Shown piece by piece: positions 10,321 to 22,282 of a DNA stretch of 64,000 bases. The notes beneath the pieces were generated by a model. The model made no database searches. It was not told where the DNA came from and saw only the letters and a list, made by a program, of their open reading frames with translations. Source of the DNA: Macrostomum hystrix. Taxonomy: Eukaryota > Animalia > Platyhelminthes. The number at the start of each line of letters is the position of its first letter. Positions within the stretch are counted from its first letter, which is position 1. The stretch covers positions 6,138,001 to 6,202,000 of the forward strand of contig CATNEN010000025.1 in the NCBI GenBank assembly GCA_950097015.1, given 5' to 3'. The translations under genes were made by a program, and so were the position numbers.

Positions 10321-13300
10321 ATGAAAGCTCAGCCAGCAGCGGCCGCTTCGGCCACGCCGACACCCGTCCTCGGTGGCGGCGTCGACAAAGCTAAGAGAAA
10401 TAAGAAGCGAAGAAAGCTGAAATTAAAGCGCCAAAAGAAGGCCAAGAAAGCCGCGGCAGAAAAAAAGCAGAAGCAACTGACGCAGAAGCAGCCTGTCGCT
10501 GATGAGCCGGCAATTCAACAGGATCCAGCAGCATCAGCCTCTCAGCTGGACATGTCCATGTGGGAGTCCCTGGGCGTCTGTCCGCAGATTCTGACGGCCC
10601 TGCGCCAGCTTGGATTCTCTGAGCCCACGCCAATTCAGAGGGAAGCCATACCGGCTGCTCTGCGCGACAGACGCGATGTTCTTGGCGCCGCTGAGACTGT
10701 GAGAACTGGCCTATACTCACTGGGTGGTTCTTGTCCGCCTGACCCCACTCTCTCACCTGTCCGTGTCCACCTGTCCCCACTCTCTCACCTGTCCGTGTCC
10801 GCCTGTCCCCACTCTCTCACCTGTCCGTGTCCGCCTGTTCCGACGCTCTCACCTGTCTGTGTCCACCTGTCCCCTCGCTCTCACCTGTCCGTGTCCGCCT
10901 GTCCCCAATCTCTCACCTGTCTGTGTCCACCTGTTCCGACGCTCTCACCTGTCTCAGTCCACCTGTTCCCTCGCTCTCACCTGTCTGTGTCCGCCTGTTC
11001 ACACTCTCTCACCTGTCTGTGTCCACCTGTTCCGACGCTCTCACCTGTCTGTGTCCGCCTGTTCACACTCTCTCACCTGTCTGTGTCCACCTGTTCCGAC
11101 GCTCTCACCTGTCTGTGTCCGCCTGTTCACACTCTCTCACCTGTCTGTGTCCACCTGTTCCGACGCTCTCACCTGTCCGTTTCCACCTGTCCGCACTCTC
11201 TCACCTGTGTGGGGGTCTGTAATTAACCAGTCAATCCAGCCTAAACTCGCCCGCTCACCCCGTCCAGGGCAGCGGCAAGACCCTCGCCTTCGGCATTCCG
11301 ATAATTCAACGCATCATGGCTATGAAAGCGGAGAGTGCCGCCGCCAAAGCTGACGCTGAAGGTAACGAAGCCGACGCTGATGAAGAAGGCGATGACGATG
11401 GCGAGCCTCCGGACGACGATGCGGACCAATCGCCAGACGAGGACGAGCTTGCCGAATTCGGCTTTGCCGATGGTGAAATCGAAGAAGACCTCGGCCTGCT
11501 GGCCGGCAGCCTGACTGAACTGGGCCCTGACGGAGAGCCGATAGCTGAGCCGCAGAGTCTGGCCTTCTCAGCTGAGAGCGCCGGCCTGGACGCCTTCGAT
11601 GACGATTACGGAGGCCGAGGTCGAAACAGAAAGAAGGGGCGACTCTACTGCCTTGTGCTGACACCGACTAGAGAGCTGGCTAAGCAGGTTTGATTCCTTA
11701 TCTGACTGATCCCTAACCTACCTAATCCTAATCTGACTGATCCCTAACCTACCTGATCCTAATCTGACTGATTCCTACCTGTTCCTAATCTGACTGATCC
11801 CTAACCTACCTGATCCTAATCTGACTGATCCCTAACCTACCTAATCCTAATCTGACTAATCCCTAACCTACCTGATCCTAATCTGACTGATTCCTACCTG
11901 TTCCTAATCTGACTGATCCCTAACCTACCTGATCCTAATCGGACTGATCCCTAACCTACCTGTTCCTTATCTGACTGATCCGTAACCTACCTGATCCTTA
12001 ATCTGACTGATCCCTACCTGATCCTTAATTTGACTGATCCCTACCTGATCCTTAATCTGACTGATCCCTACCTGATCCTTAATTTGACTGATCCCTACCT
12101 GATCCTTAATTTGACTGATCCCTAACCTACCTGTTCCTTATCTGACTGATCCCTAACCTACCTGATCCTTAATCTGACTGATCCCTAACCTACCTGATCC
12201 TTAATCTGACTGATCCCTACCTGATCCTTAATTTGACTGATTCCTACCTGTTCCTAATCTGACTGATCCCTAACCTACCTGATCCTTAATCTGACTGATC
12301 CCAACCTGCTCCTTAATCTGACTGATCCTAATCTGACTGATCCCTAACCTACCTGATCCTTAATCTTACTGATCCCTAACCTACCTGATCCTTAATCTGA
12401 CTGATCCCTAACCTACCTGATCCTTAATCTGACTGATCCCTACCTGATCCTTAATTTGACTGATTCCTACCTGTTCCTAATCTGACTGATCCCTAACCTA
12501 CCTGATCCTTAATCTGACTGATCCCAACCTGCTCCTTAATCTGACTGATCCTAATCTGACTGATCCCTAACCTACCTGATCCTTAATCTTACTGATCCCT
12601 AACCTACCTGATCCTTAGTCTGAATGATTCCTAACCACCCTGATCCCTAACCTACCTGATCCTTAGTCTGAATGATTCCTAACCACCCTGATCCCTAACC
12701 TACCTGATCCTTAGTCTGAATGATTCCTAACCACCCTGATCCCTAACCTACTTGATCCCTTACGTAACAGTTCCATTAACCTACTTATCCCTGACCTACC
12801 TGATTCCGGTGTCATTAGATCCCAACCTGATCCCAATCATCCCAGGTAGCAACTCACCTTCAGCGCGTAGCCATCCACACCGGGGTGACTGTGGCCTCAG
12901 TACTCGGCGGCCTATCCGCCCAGCGCCAGGAGCGCCTACTAGCAGGACGGCCAGACATTGTGGTTGGCACGCCAGGCCGCCTTTGGGATCTAATCCAATC
13001 CGGACAGCCTCATCTGGCTGGCGGCCTGTCCGGTCTGCCTCTGCTAGTGCTAGACGAGGCCGACCGGCTAGCCGAGCCCGGACACTTTGCCGAGATGCGC
13101 GCCCTATTGGAGCGAATCAACGCCAGGCAAAATAATAATGGCGATGGAGAGAACGATACTAAGCGGATTAACAACCGGCGAAGGCAGACTCTGCTATTCT
13201 CGGCTACTCTGACGTTTGTTCACAAGCCGCCAGAGAGATTAGATCAGCGTCGATCTAAACTAAAACGAATGCGTCAATTGGGCGCGGACGATCGAGTCCA

Positions 13301-16257
13301 GTCACTGGCTCAGCTGGTTGGCATGTCTGGCAAGCCGAAACTGGTGGACACCACCAGGCAGGTTGGCGGCCTGACCGAATGCCGCCTAGACTGCGAGTCT
13401 AAGGATAAAGACCTGTGAGATTCTGCTGTTTTCTTAGAAATAGTGATATGTTTCTTGGAATTCAGAAATAGGATCATCGCCTGCAAACTCCGGCCCCCTT
13501 CCAACACCTATAGTCTCATCTCATCTCACGTGTCTTATCTCTCCCCTGTCTCATCCCTCCCCTGTCTCGTCTATCCCGTGTCTCATCTCTCCCGTGTCTC
13601 ATCTCTCCCCTGTCTCATCTCTCCCATTTCTCATCTCTCCCCTGTCTCATCTCTCCCGTGTCTCATCTCTCCCGTGTCTCATCTCTCCCTTGTCTCATCT
13701 CTCCCCTTTCTCATCCCTCCCCTGTCTCGTCTATCCCGTGTCTCATCTCTCCCCTGTCTCATCTCTCCCCTGTCTCATCTCTCCCTGTCTCATCTCTTCT
13801 CTGTCTCATCCCTCCCCTGTCTCGTCTATCCCGTGTCTCATCTCTCGCCTGTCTCATCTCTCCCCTGTCTCATCTCTCCCCTGTCTCATCTCTCCCCTGT
13901 TCATCTCTTCTCTGTCTCATCCCTCCCCTGTCTCATCTCTCCCGTGTCTCATCTCTCCCGTGTCTCATCTCTCCCGTGTCTCATCTCTCTCTGTCTCATC
14001 CCTCCACTGTCTCGTCTATCCCGTGTCTTATCTCTCCCCTGTCTCATCTCTAGTAGTTTCTAAATCCATCTTGTTTCTTTTCTTAGAAATATATATTTGT
14101 GCTTATTGGTTTCGATTAAAATTTTCTTAAGTCTTGTTTGGTTTTTTAATTCTCGGTTGTTTTCTAAAGATCTTGATTGCCATTATCTCATTGATTTCTA
14201 AACAATTAGATTCGTTTCTTAGAAACCTTGATTGATTTCTTGGAAATCCAATTGTCTTCATTTATATTAGAAGTATCTTGTTTGTTTTTGTATATAAGCA
14301 TGTTTTGTTTCTTAGAAAGTTTTCTATTCATTTTAAATCTCGTAAGTTTCTTAGAAACCCTAAATTATTTCTTAGAAACATTTTTTATTTCTTGGAAATG
14401 CTTAAGTATCAATAATTCAATAAAGTATCGTTCGTTGCACTTTTTGCATCTAATAAAATATTTCTATCGCTAGTCACTCTACACAACTATCATGGCAGCT
14501 ATCTGTGGTGGCTACTCCGCAGCCGTCGCGGTCGCACCCTGGTATTCTGCTCCAGCAAAGACACTGTGCGCCGCCTTCATCGCCTGCTGGCTCTTCTCCG
14601 CTGTCCCTGCAGGCCGTTGCACTCCGATATGCAACAGCGGCAGCGATTGAAAAGTCTGGACAAATTTTCCGCCAATCCTGACGCTGTGCTGCTGGCTACG
14701 GATGTGGCATCCAGGGGCCTGGACATTCCCGGGGTGGATCACGTGGTGCACTATCAGGCATGTAGATTTGAAAGCTTCAGAAGTAGACTAATAGCACATT
14801 AACAATAGACCAGTTGGCCTAAGAAGTATACAGGCTTGGTTGGTTCTGAAGTAGATTAGTAGCTAATGGGTATAACTTGGAAAGAAAACACGGATCATAG
14901 TTTGAAAAATACGGCTCGCGTTCAAAGTATATTGTTAGATTGAGAAGTGGACTTGTGGCTAAGAAAATTATTGGTAGCTTAAGAAGTAGAAAGTTGCCTT
15001 AAGAAGTTGTCAGGTAGATTAGAAAAAGTAGACAGCTTAACTGAGAAGTGGTCAGCTAGATCACTTTGATTGTTTGACAGTTTGATTGAGAAATACATTT
15101 CCACAATAGAATTGAGAAGTAGATTGCTAGCCTCGGAAGTAGATAGCAGGATTGAGAAGTAGACAGCTAGATTTAGAAGTATATAAGTAGCATGAGAAGT
15201 AGATTAGTGGCATGAGAAGTAGATTAGTAGCATGAGAAGTAGATTAGTGGCATGAGAAGTAGATTAGTGGCATGAGAAGTAGATTAGTAGCATGAGAAGT
15301 AGATTGTTAGCATGAGAAGTAGATTGTTAGCATGAGAATTAGATTAGTAGCATGAGAAGTAGATTGGTAGCCTGTGAAGCTAGAATAGATGGACTGCTTG
15401 AGAAGTAGATTTGTAGCATGAGAAGTAGATTAGTAGCATGAGAAGTAGATTAGTAGCATGAGAAGTAGATTGGTAGCATGAGAAGTAGATTAGTAGCATG
15501 AGAAGTAGATTTGTAGCATGAGAAGTAGATTAGTAGCATGAGAAGTAGATTGGTAGCCTGTGAAGCTAGAATAGATGGATTGCTTGAGAATTAGACAGAC
15601 AGCTTCTAAATGTGTCCTGCACGCCAACAGGTGCCGAAAGTGGCCGAGCTCTACCTGCACCGCTGCGGTCGCACCGCCCGGGCCAGCCGCAGCGGCACCG
15701 CCGTCGCCCTGGTGTCGCCGGAGGAGGCGGCCCCGTTGCGCCGCCTACTGCGCAGTTTAGATCGCGACGAAGATAACCTGACGCCGTTGACGTCGCCGCG
15801 ACCTCCGGGCCCCGACCAACTGGCCCGGCTTCGTCCAGCGATGACAGCCGCCCGAGCAGCCGAAACCGAAGAGCATCGGCTACTGCGGCAGCACGCCAAG
15901 CGGCTTTGGTTCGAGCGCACAGCCGAGGAGCTGGACCTGGTGCCCGACCTGCCCGAACTGGTCGATCGTCGAGCCGAAGACGAGGGCGTCGAAATGTCGC
16001 ACCACCTGGCCAAGCTGGACCGGCCGGCAAAGAAGCGCCTGGAAATAGCCAGGGCGGGCCTGGCTCAGCTGCTGGATCAGCTGGACAATGCCGCTGCTTC
16101 AGGCGCGACTGCCCCGACTGCCGCAGCCGGTGTCAGGCCTGCGTCTATTCGCTATCCGACTCTGTGTACCGCCATCACTACTAGCCGCGGCACCGAGTAC
16201 CTGCTGCAGTCTGGCAACTGCGATGGGAGCAAGCGCAATAGGGGGAAAAGGACTTGA
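10321..16257 (+). CDS. DDX24: DEAD-box RNA helicase DDX24/Mak5 (5 exons, ~750 aa)
   Basis: Exons 10321-10698, 11268-11687, 12846-13414, 14499-14757, 15631-16257; phases are consistent and intron 4 is GC-AG. Motifs: Q motif GFSEPTPIQ, AAET|GSGKT, PTRELA, TPGRL, DEAD, SAT, TDVASRGLDIP, HYQ|VP, HRCGRTAR. The acidic insert between motifs I and Ia is typical of DDX24. Confidence 0.95.
10740..11205. repeat. Minisatellite, 32-bp unit CTCTCACCTGTCTGTGTCCACCTGTTCCGACG-like in DDX24 intron 1
   Basis: About 14 copies; source of the Cys/Pro-rich spurious ORFs. Confidence 0.95.
11697..12760. repeat. Minisatellite of 26-31-bp variants (CTGACTGATCCCTAACCTACCTGATCCT(T)AAT) in DDX24 intron 2
   Basis: About 35 variable copies with internally duplicated blocks. 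Confidence 0.95.
13515..14050. repeat. Minisatellite, ~16-bp unit TGTCTCATCTCTCCC(C/G) in DDX24 intron 3
   Basis: About 30 degenerate copies. Confidence 0.95.
15185..15590. repeat. Minisatellite, 20-bp unit AGTAGATTAGTAGCATGAGA in DDX24 intron 4
   Basis: About 18 copies, interrupted twice by the same CCTGTGAAGCTAGAATAGATGGA insert (~15371 and ~15557). Confidence 0.95.
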
Positions 16258-16479
16258 GAAAAAAACTGCGTGAAACTATCTGCTGGATTATCCTCACTGA
16301 AAAGTACTGAATAATCCTCTCCAATCCCGCCTCATTCTCCCGGAAAAGCCCCTAATCCCTAGGTGCTAATCCCAAATCTTCCTCGAAAATCCTAAATTAA
16401 ACCCGGAATGTTTTTTGCAAAAAATCACATATGATAATCCAAAAATTCCCCTATGGTTATCCCATAACTAACCTATGAT

Positions 16480-16970
16480 TATCCCTAACAAACCCCTCTA
16501 ATTATCCCATAACTCTCGTTTGATTATCCCCAACAATCCCATCTAATTATCCCCAACAATCCCCTCTAATTATCCCCAACAATCCCCTCTGATTATCCCT
16601 AACAATCCCCTCTAATTATCCCCAACAATCCCCTCTGATTATCCCTAACAATCCCCTCTAATTATCCCCAACAATCCCATCTAATTATCCCCAACAATCC
16701 CCTCTAATTATCCCCAACAATCCCCTCTGATTATCCCTAACAATCCCCTCTAATTATCCCCAACAATCCCCTCTAATTATCCCCAACAATCCCATCTAAT
16801 TATCCCCAACAATCCCCTCTGATTATCCCTAACTATCCCCTCTGATTATCCCCAACAATCCCCTCTAATTATCCCCAACAATCCCCTCTAATTATCCCAT
16901 AACTCTCATCTGATTATCCCATAGCTCTTTTCTTATTATCCCTAATTATCCTATCTGATTATCCCATAAC
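16480..16970. repeat. Minisatellite, 23-bp unit ATTATCCCCAACAATCCCCTCT(A/G)
   Basis: About 18 copies in the DDX24-nocturnin spacer. Confidence 0.95.
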
Positions 16971-17365
16971 TTGCCTTTAATTCCAAATAATCCTCTCTAA
17001 TTATTCACCTTCTAAAATCCCATTTAATTATGCCCATTTCAAGGTTCTACTTGCTACAGCATTTCTGGTTTTCAAATTTGCACAGCAATCATCTAGTTTT
17101 GTCAGTTGTCAATAATTAGCCTGATTTCTGCTGTCAACTTTTTTGAATTAACAAACAAGCTTTGTCTCAGAATTGTGCATTCATTCTATTGGACAGAATA
17201 TACCTAAGCATTTCGGATTTGCTTCGGGGCGCATTGTGACACAATAATCGGTTGTTGTTAAAAATTACTTTTTTAAATCGGATAAATGTCTACTACTCTA
17301 CTGATGCATCAAAAAGCAGTAGTATGTATCGAATATCAATTTTACATTATTTCAGCGCGGCTGGC

Positions 17366-19290
17366 ATGTCAACCGAAGCCGCTGAAATTAAAAAACTACG
17401 CCAGGAGCTCGTTGCGAAAGTCGACAAGCTCTGCGCCGACGGTCCAAATCCCGCTGGCCAATTCCCACGCCAATTTATTCCTATCAATGAGGCGTCTAGC
17501 TCTGGCCAGCAGCGGCAGCCGTTTCGCGTACTGCACTGGAACATTCTGGCCCAAGCGCTGACTGGAGCGGACGGCGGCAGTCATTTCGATCGGGTCGACC
17601 CGATCGTCACCAACTGGGAGCGGCGACGCTGGTATCTGCTGCGCGAACTGCTGCGTTACGAGCCAGATATTCTCTGCCTGAACGAGGTCGATGTTTATCA
17701 GTTCCTATCCGAGCAGCTCGTCCCGCTTGGCTATCGGGGCTTCTTCAGGCCCAAGCCGCGATCGCCCTGCCTCATCTTTCCTGGAAACTTCGGACCGGAC
17801 GGCACTGCGGTGAGCTTCTGATTGTTTAATTGCTGTTGTTGTTTACTAACAAATGAGGATCTATTCAAGGGTGAGATTTCCGACTTCCCTAAAACTCAGG
17901 GGTGAGATTTCCGACCTCCCTAAAACTCAGGGGTAAAATTTCCGACCCCCTAAAACTCAGGGGTGAGATTTCCGACCCCTAAAACTCAGGGGCGAGATTT
18001 CCGACCCCCTAAAACTCAGGGGTGAGATTTCCGACCCCCTAAAACTCAGGGGTGAGATTTCCGACCCCTTAAAACTCAGGGGTGAGATTTCCGACTTCCC
18101 TAAAACTCAGGGGTGAGATTTCTGATCACCCTAAAACTCAGGGGTGAGATTTCTGATCTCCTCAAACACTCATGGGTGAGATTTCCAAACTCTTGTTCAA
18201 ACTCAGGTGTAAGTTTCTCACCTCCCCAAAATCAGGGGTGAGATTTCATGCCTCCTAAAAGCAAAACTCAGGTGTGAATCCCAAAACTCAGGGGTGAGAT
18301 TTCAGATTAAAACTTTAAATGTTACCTCAGATCCTGTACAACAGTCACCGCTTCGAGTGCCTGCATTCGGACAGCGATTTCCTGATTGAGTCCAGCCACG
18401 ATGGCGCCGCCTCCTCCAGCGGCTCCGGCGCCCAGGTCTTCGTTCTCCTCCGACTGCGCTCGCTGGCGCCCCAAGACAATAGCCGAGAACTGTGGATTGC
18501 GGCCACACATCTCAAGGCCAAAGTGGCGTTTGCCAACCTGCGCCTGCTGCAGACTGAGGTGAGTACGGACCGCCTCTGCCCTCCGCTTCCTCAGCCCCTT
18601 CAGCCTCTGCCCTCCGCTTCCTCAGCCCCTTCAGCCTCTGCCCTCCGCTTCCTCAGCCTCTGCCCTCCGCTTCCTCAGCCTCTGCCCTCCGCTTCCTCAG
18701 CCTCTGCCCTCCGCTTCCTCAGCCTCTGCCCTCCGCTTCCTCAGCCTCTGCCCTCCGCTTCCTCAGCCTCTGCCCTCCGCTTCCTCAGCCTCTGCCCTCC
18801 GCTTCCTCAGCCTCTGCCCTCCACGTCCTCAGCCTCTGCCCTCCGCTTACTCAGCCTCTGCCCTCCACGTCCTCAGCCTCTGCCCTCCGCTTACTCAGCC
18901 TCTGCCCTCCGCTTACTCTGCTTTCAAATTTCGCAGGCGCTAATCGCGGCCCTAGCCAAACGAGTGCCAGCTGAGGCTCCTCTGTTGCTGTGCGGCGATT
19001 TCAACGGGGAAAGCTTCGAGCCCTACTACAGCCTGTTGTCTCAGTCCAGCCTGAATCTGACCTCCGCCTACAAGCAGCCAGCTGAGCCACCATTCACCAC
19101 CTACAAGTATGTCAGTGGCGCAGCTGAGCCTCAAGCCCGGGCCATTGACTATATCTGGTATCGGCGGCTGCTGCCCACTGCCCTGCTGGAGATTCCGCCC
19201 AGAGACAGCGTCGAACCAACCGGCCTGCCCTGCGCCGCCTTCCCGTCTGATCACTTCTGCCTGTCTGCCGACTTCCTGCTGGCTGACTAG
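17366..19290 (+). CDS. NOCT: Nocturnin (CCR4-like EEP-family phosphatase; NADP(H) 2'-phosphatase in studied animals), 3 exons, ~341 aa
   Basis: Exons 17366-17809, 18331-18558, 18937-19290, all junctions phase 0. EEP motifs RVLHWNILAQAL, DILCLNEVD, KPRSPCL...GPDG, ATHLKA, CGDFNGE, SAY, EPPFTTYK, IDYIWY, FPSDH match nocturnin. Confidence 0.93.
17868..18300. repeat. Minisatellite, ~30-bp unit CTAAAACTCAGGGGTGAGATTTCCGACCCC in nocturnin intron 1
   Basis: About 13 copies, degenerating towards the 3' end. Confidence 0.93.
18572..18918. repeat. Minisatellite, 22-bp unit CCTCAGCCTCTGCCCTCCGCTT in nocturnin intron 2
   Basis: About 15 copies filling almost the whole intron. Confidence 0.95.
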
Positions 19291-19354
19291 CTCCGTGATC
19301 AGCTGCGGACTGCTCACACTCACTCAGCCCTGCACCTATTTTGGCTTCCTTTCC

Positions 19355-19820
19355 ACCTCTGACTCTCCCCTCCGCCTCTGACTCTCCACCCTCCGCCTTT
19401 GACTCTCCCCCTCCACCTCTGACTCTCCCCCTCCCCCTCCGCCTCTGATTATCCCCCTCCGCCTTTGACTCTCCCCCTCCACCTCTGACTCTCCCCCTCC
19501 ACCTCTGACTCTCCCCCTCCGCCTCTGATTCTCCCCCTCCCCCTCCGCCTCTGACTCTCCCCCTCCCCCTCCGCCTCTGACTCTCCCCCTCCCCCTCCGC
19601 CTCTGATTCCCCCCCTCTGCCTCTGACTCTCCCCCTCCGACTCTGACTCTCCCCCTCCACCTCTGACTCTCCCTCTGCATCTCTGACACTCCCCCTTTAC
19701 ATCTGACTTTTCCGCCTCCACCTCTGACTCTCCCCTTACACCTCTGAATTTCTCCCTCTGCCTCTGACTCTCCCCTTACACCTCTGACTCTTCCCCTCCA
19801 CCTCTGACTCTCCCCCTACA
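19355..19820. repeat. C-rich minisatellite, 20-26-bp unit CCTCTGACTCTCCCCCTCC(A/G)
   Basis: About 20 copies directly downstream of the nocturnin stop. Confidence 0.93.
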
Positions 19821-20730
19821 CCAGTCTCCCTGATCCCTATCTATTTTCCCATAATCAGATGTTCGCAATGTTTAATTCTCATGCCATCCGTGTAGTATTG
19901 ATCGCGTATTGATTTAGTTGTAGATCTCGATCTTATTTATCACCAGGATTTAGTATATATCAAAGCTTCGTCAGTTACTGTGAGTAGTATAATCATTATA
20001 TTGATTGTTTTCACAGCTGGTGGTTTGTTAGCTTTGTTTTGCAACTTTCAAACACAACAGTGTGTAGTTTTCATTTTAGTTGAATTTATTTTTTTATAAT
20101 TCGGATTTCAATTTTGTATGCGGCCCCCCCTGTGCTTTGGGATTTGTTATTTAATTGTACTCGTAGTTAGCGTTTGTTTATCATTCTGAGATTGATCTCA
20201 AATCAGTATAATTGTTTGTTTATAATTTAACTTATGCATTATTTAATATAGACAACTAATATTTATGCTAAATACGACTCCGCACTAATAAAACTGTGCT
20301 TTGTCAATAGCTTATCAATTAACGTGTACTCGAATAAAATTATTCAAAAAACTCTCGCGTTTTACTTTAAGTAGTCTCGTTTTTTTAAAATGCTGCTTTT
20401 GCTTTTTTGTTGCAAATTTTCTTTTTTTGATCCGGTAGTTCAGTCCATATGACTGTGTTTTCAATTTCAACCTGTACAAATCTGAGCCTTTCAATCAAGC
20501 GATTGCATGAAACTTTGTAGTAAATATGAACCCCATAATAAGTGTACATTTTTATGCTATAACCTCTTAGTTCTACAAATGCATTGGCAGACTAAATACA
20601 CACACTGAAATAGCCTCGTATATATCTACTGTATGCACCTTTCTATTACTGATTAATTCTGATTTATCAGCTTTTAACTATTGCCTGCTATTAACTTCTG
20701 TGATCTCATTGTCATTTGTCAAGCTTGCGA

Positions 20731-21550
20731 CTGATCTATAGTCTGTCCACACTGTGTGATCTATAGTCTATCCACACTGTGTGATCTATAGTCTATCCAC
20801 ACTGTGTGATCTATAGTCTATCCACACTGTGTGATCTATAGTCTGTCCACACTGTGTGATCTATAGTCTGTCCACACTGTGTGATCTATAGTCTGTCCAC
20901 ACTGTGTGATCTATAGTCTATCCACACTGTGTGATCTATAGTCTGTCCACACTGTGTGATCTATAGTCTGTCCACACTGTGTGATCTATAGTCTGTCCAC
21001 ACTGTGTGATCTATAGTCTGTCCACACTGTGTGATCTATAGTCTGTCCACACTGTGTGATCTATAGTCTGTCCACACTGTGTGATCTATAGTCTATCCAC
21101 ACTGTGTGATCTATAGTCTATCCACACTGTGTGATCTATAGTCTATCCACACTGTGTGATCTATAGTCTATCCACACTGTGTGATCTATAGTCTGTCCAC
21201 ACTGTGTGATCTATAGTCTGTCCACACTGTGTGATCTATAGTCTATCCACACTGTATGATCTATAGTCTGTCCACACTGTGTGATCTATAGTCTGTCCAC
21301 ACTGTGTGATCTATAGTCTATCCACACTGTGTGATCTATAGTCTGTCCACACTGTGTGATCTATAGTCTATCCACACTGTGTGATCTATAGTCTGTCCAC
21401 ACTGTGTGATCTATAGTCTATCCACACTGTGTGATCTATAGTCTATCCACACTGTGTGATCTATAGTCTATCCACACTGTGTGATCTATAGTCTATCCAC
21501 ACAATGATCTATAGTCTATCCACATGTGATCTATAGTCTATCCACACTAT
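20731..21550. repeat. Minisatellite, 25-bp unit GTGTGATCTATAGTCT(A/G)TCCACACT
   Basis: About 31 copies; the same family occurs inverted at 42283-42805. Confidence 0.97.
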
Positions 21551-22149
21551 GGTCTATGTTCGTGCCGTGCCGTAAGCTATTTAAAGAATATTCTTATTTA
21601 ATAGTTAAGGTTTTTTCAGAAGCCACCCGCCTAGCGACTAAGAGCTCATCTTTCGGTTGGTGTCTCCCGGTGTGTTTTTAATGAGGCCCCAATTATCGCG
21701 CCTGTTTGCCCACCTGCCCGAGTGGAGAAACTCATCGTGACCCAGCTTCCGCTTCGCTAAACCCGCTTCCCAATTTCGGAGCCCCAAAGCCGCGTTTTCC
21801 CACGACTCCCAACTCTGCTGACTGGCTCGAGTCACTTTCTCGCGCGTCTAGTTTCTCCTCCGCTGCGTTTTTTTATCATCCCGATAATCAATTGCCGCAT
21901 TGGGATAAAAAAACTCATTCCCTGGGAGAAGTAGCGGCTGTTGCCTTCCTGGAATCTTCCGTTCATAACTTTCTTTTTAGAAAAACTTTTCTTTGAGTCT
22001 ACTATATCCACAAAAGGCAACGGGGTATTTCAAATATTCACCATTTTCTTTCTTCTGTAGAAAAATCCAGAAATTGTTATCACAAAACATTGGCATACGT
22101 CGAGATATTCAAATACTCCTGCAGATTCAAGCTCCGGCACCTTTGGCTT

Positions 22150-22282
22150 GGTACTAGCCTAGCCTAGTGGACTCACGACTTGAAGGTCGGAGGTTCGATT
22201 CCCGACTCCACTGAGACAATTTGTGTCCTTTGGCAAGACACTTAACTCAGTATTGCTTCAGTTCACCCAGCTTATTAAATGG
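22150..22282 (+). mobile_element. tRNA-derived SINE with CORE-like domain
   Basis: A box TAGCCTAGTGG (22160-22170) and B box GGTTCGATTCCC (22192-22203). These are followed by TTGTGTCCTTTGGCAAGACACTTAACTC...TGCTTCAGTTCACCCAG...TAAATGG, which resembles the CORE-SINE central domain. No tRNA 3' acceptor stem. Confidence 0.75.

Noticed and set aside
17252-17365. In-frame N-terminal extension of nocturnin in the ORF track
   Set aside because: AT-rich non-coding composition, a non-ATG start, and a clear acceptor at 17354-17355 just before ATG 17366.
21620-22020. GC-rich island with short ORFs on both strands (including ...ELGVVGKRGFGAPKLG... on minus and ...AAFFYHP... on plus)
   Set aside because: No consistent start or splice model. 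The neuropeptide-like and CKI-like resemblances are too weak, and it may be a UTR or promoter.
22155-22215. Possible tRNA gene
   Set aside because: A-B box spacing is shortened, there is no cloverleaf or acceptor stem, and it continues into a CORE-like domain, so it is a SINE head.
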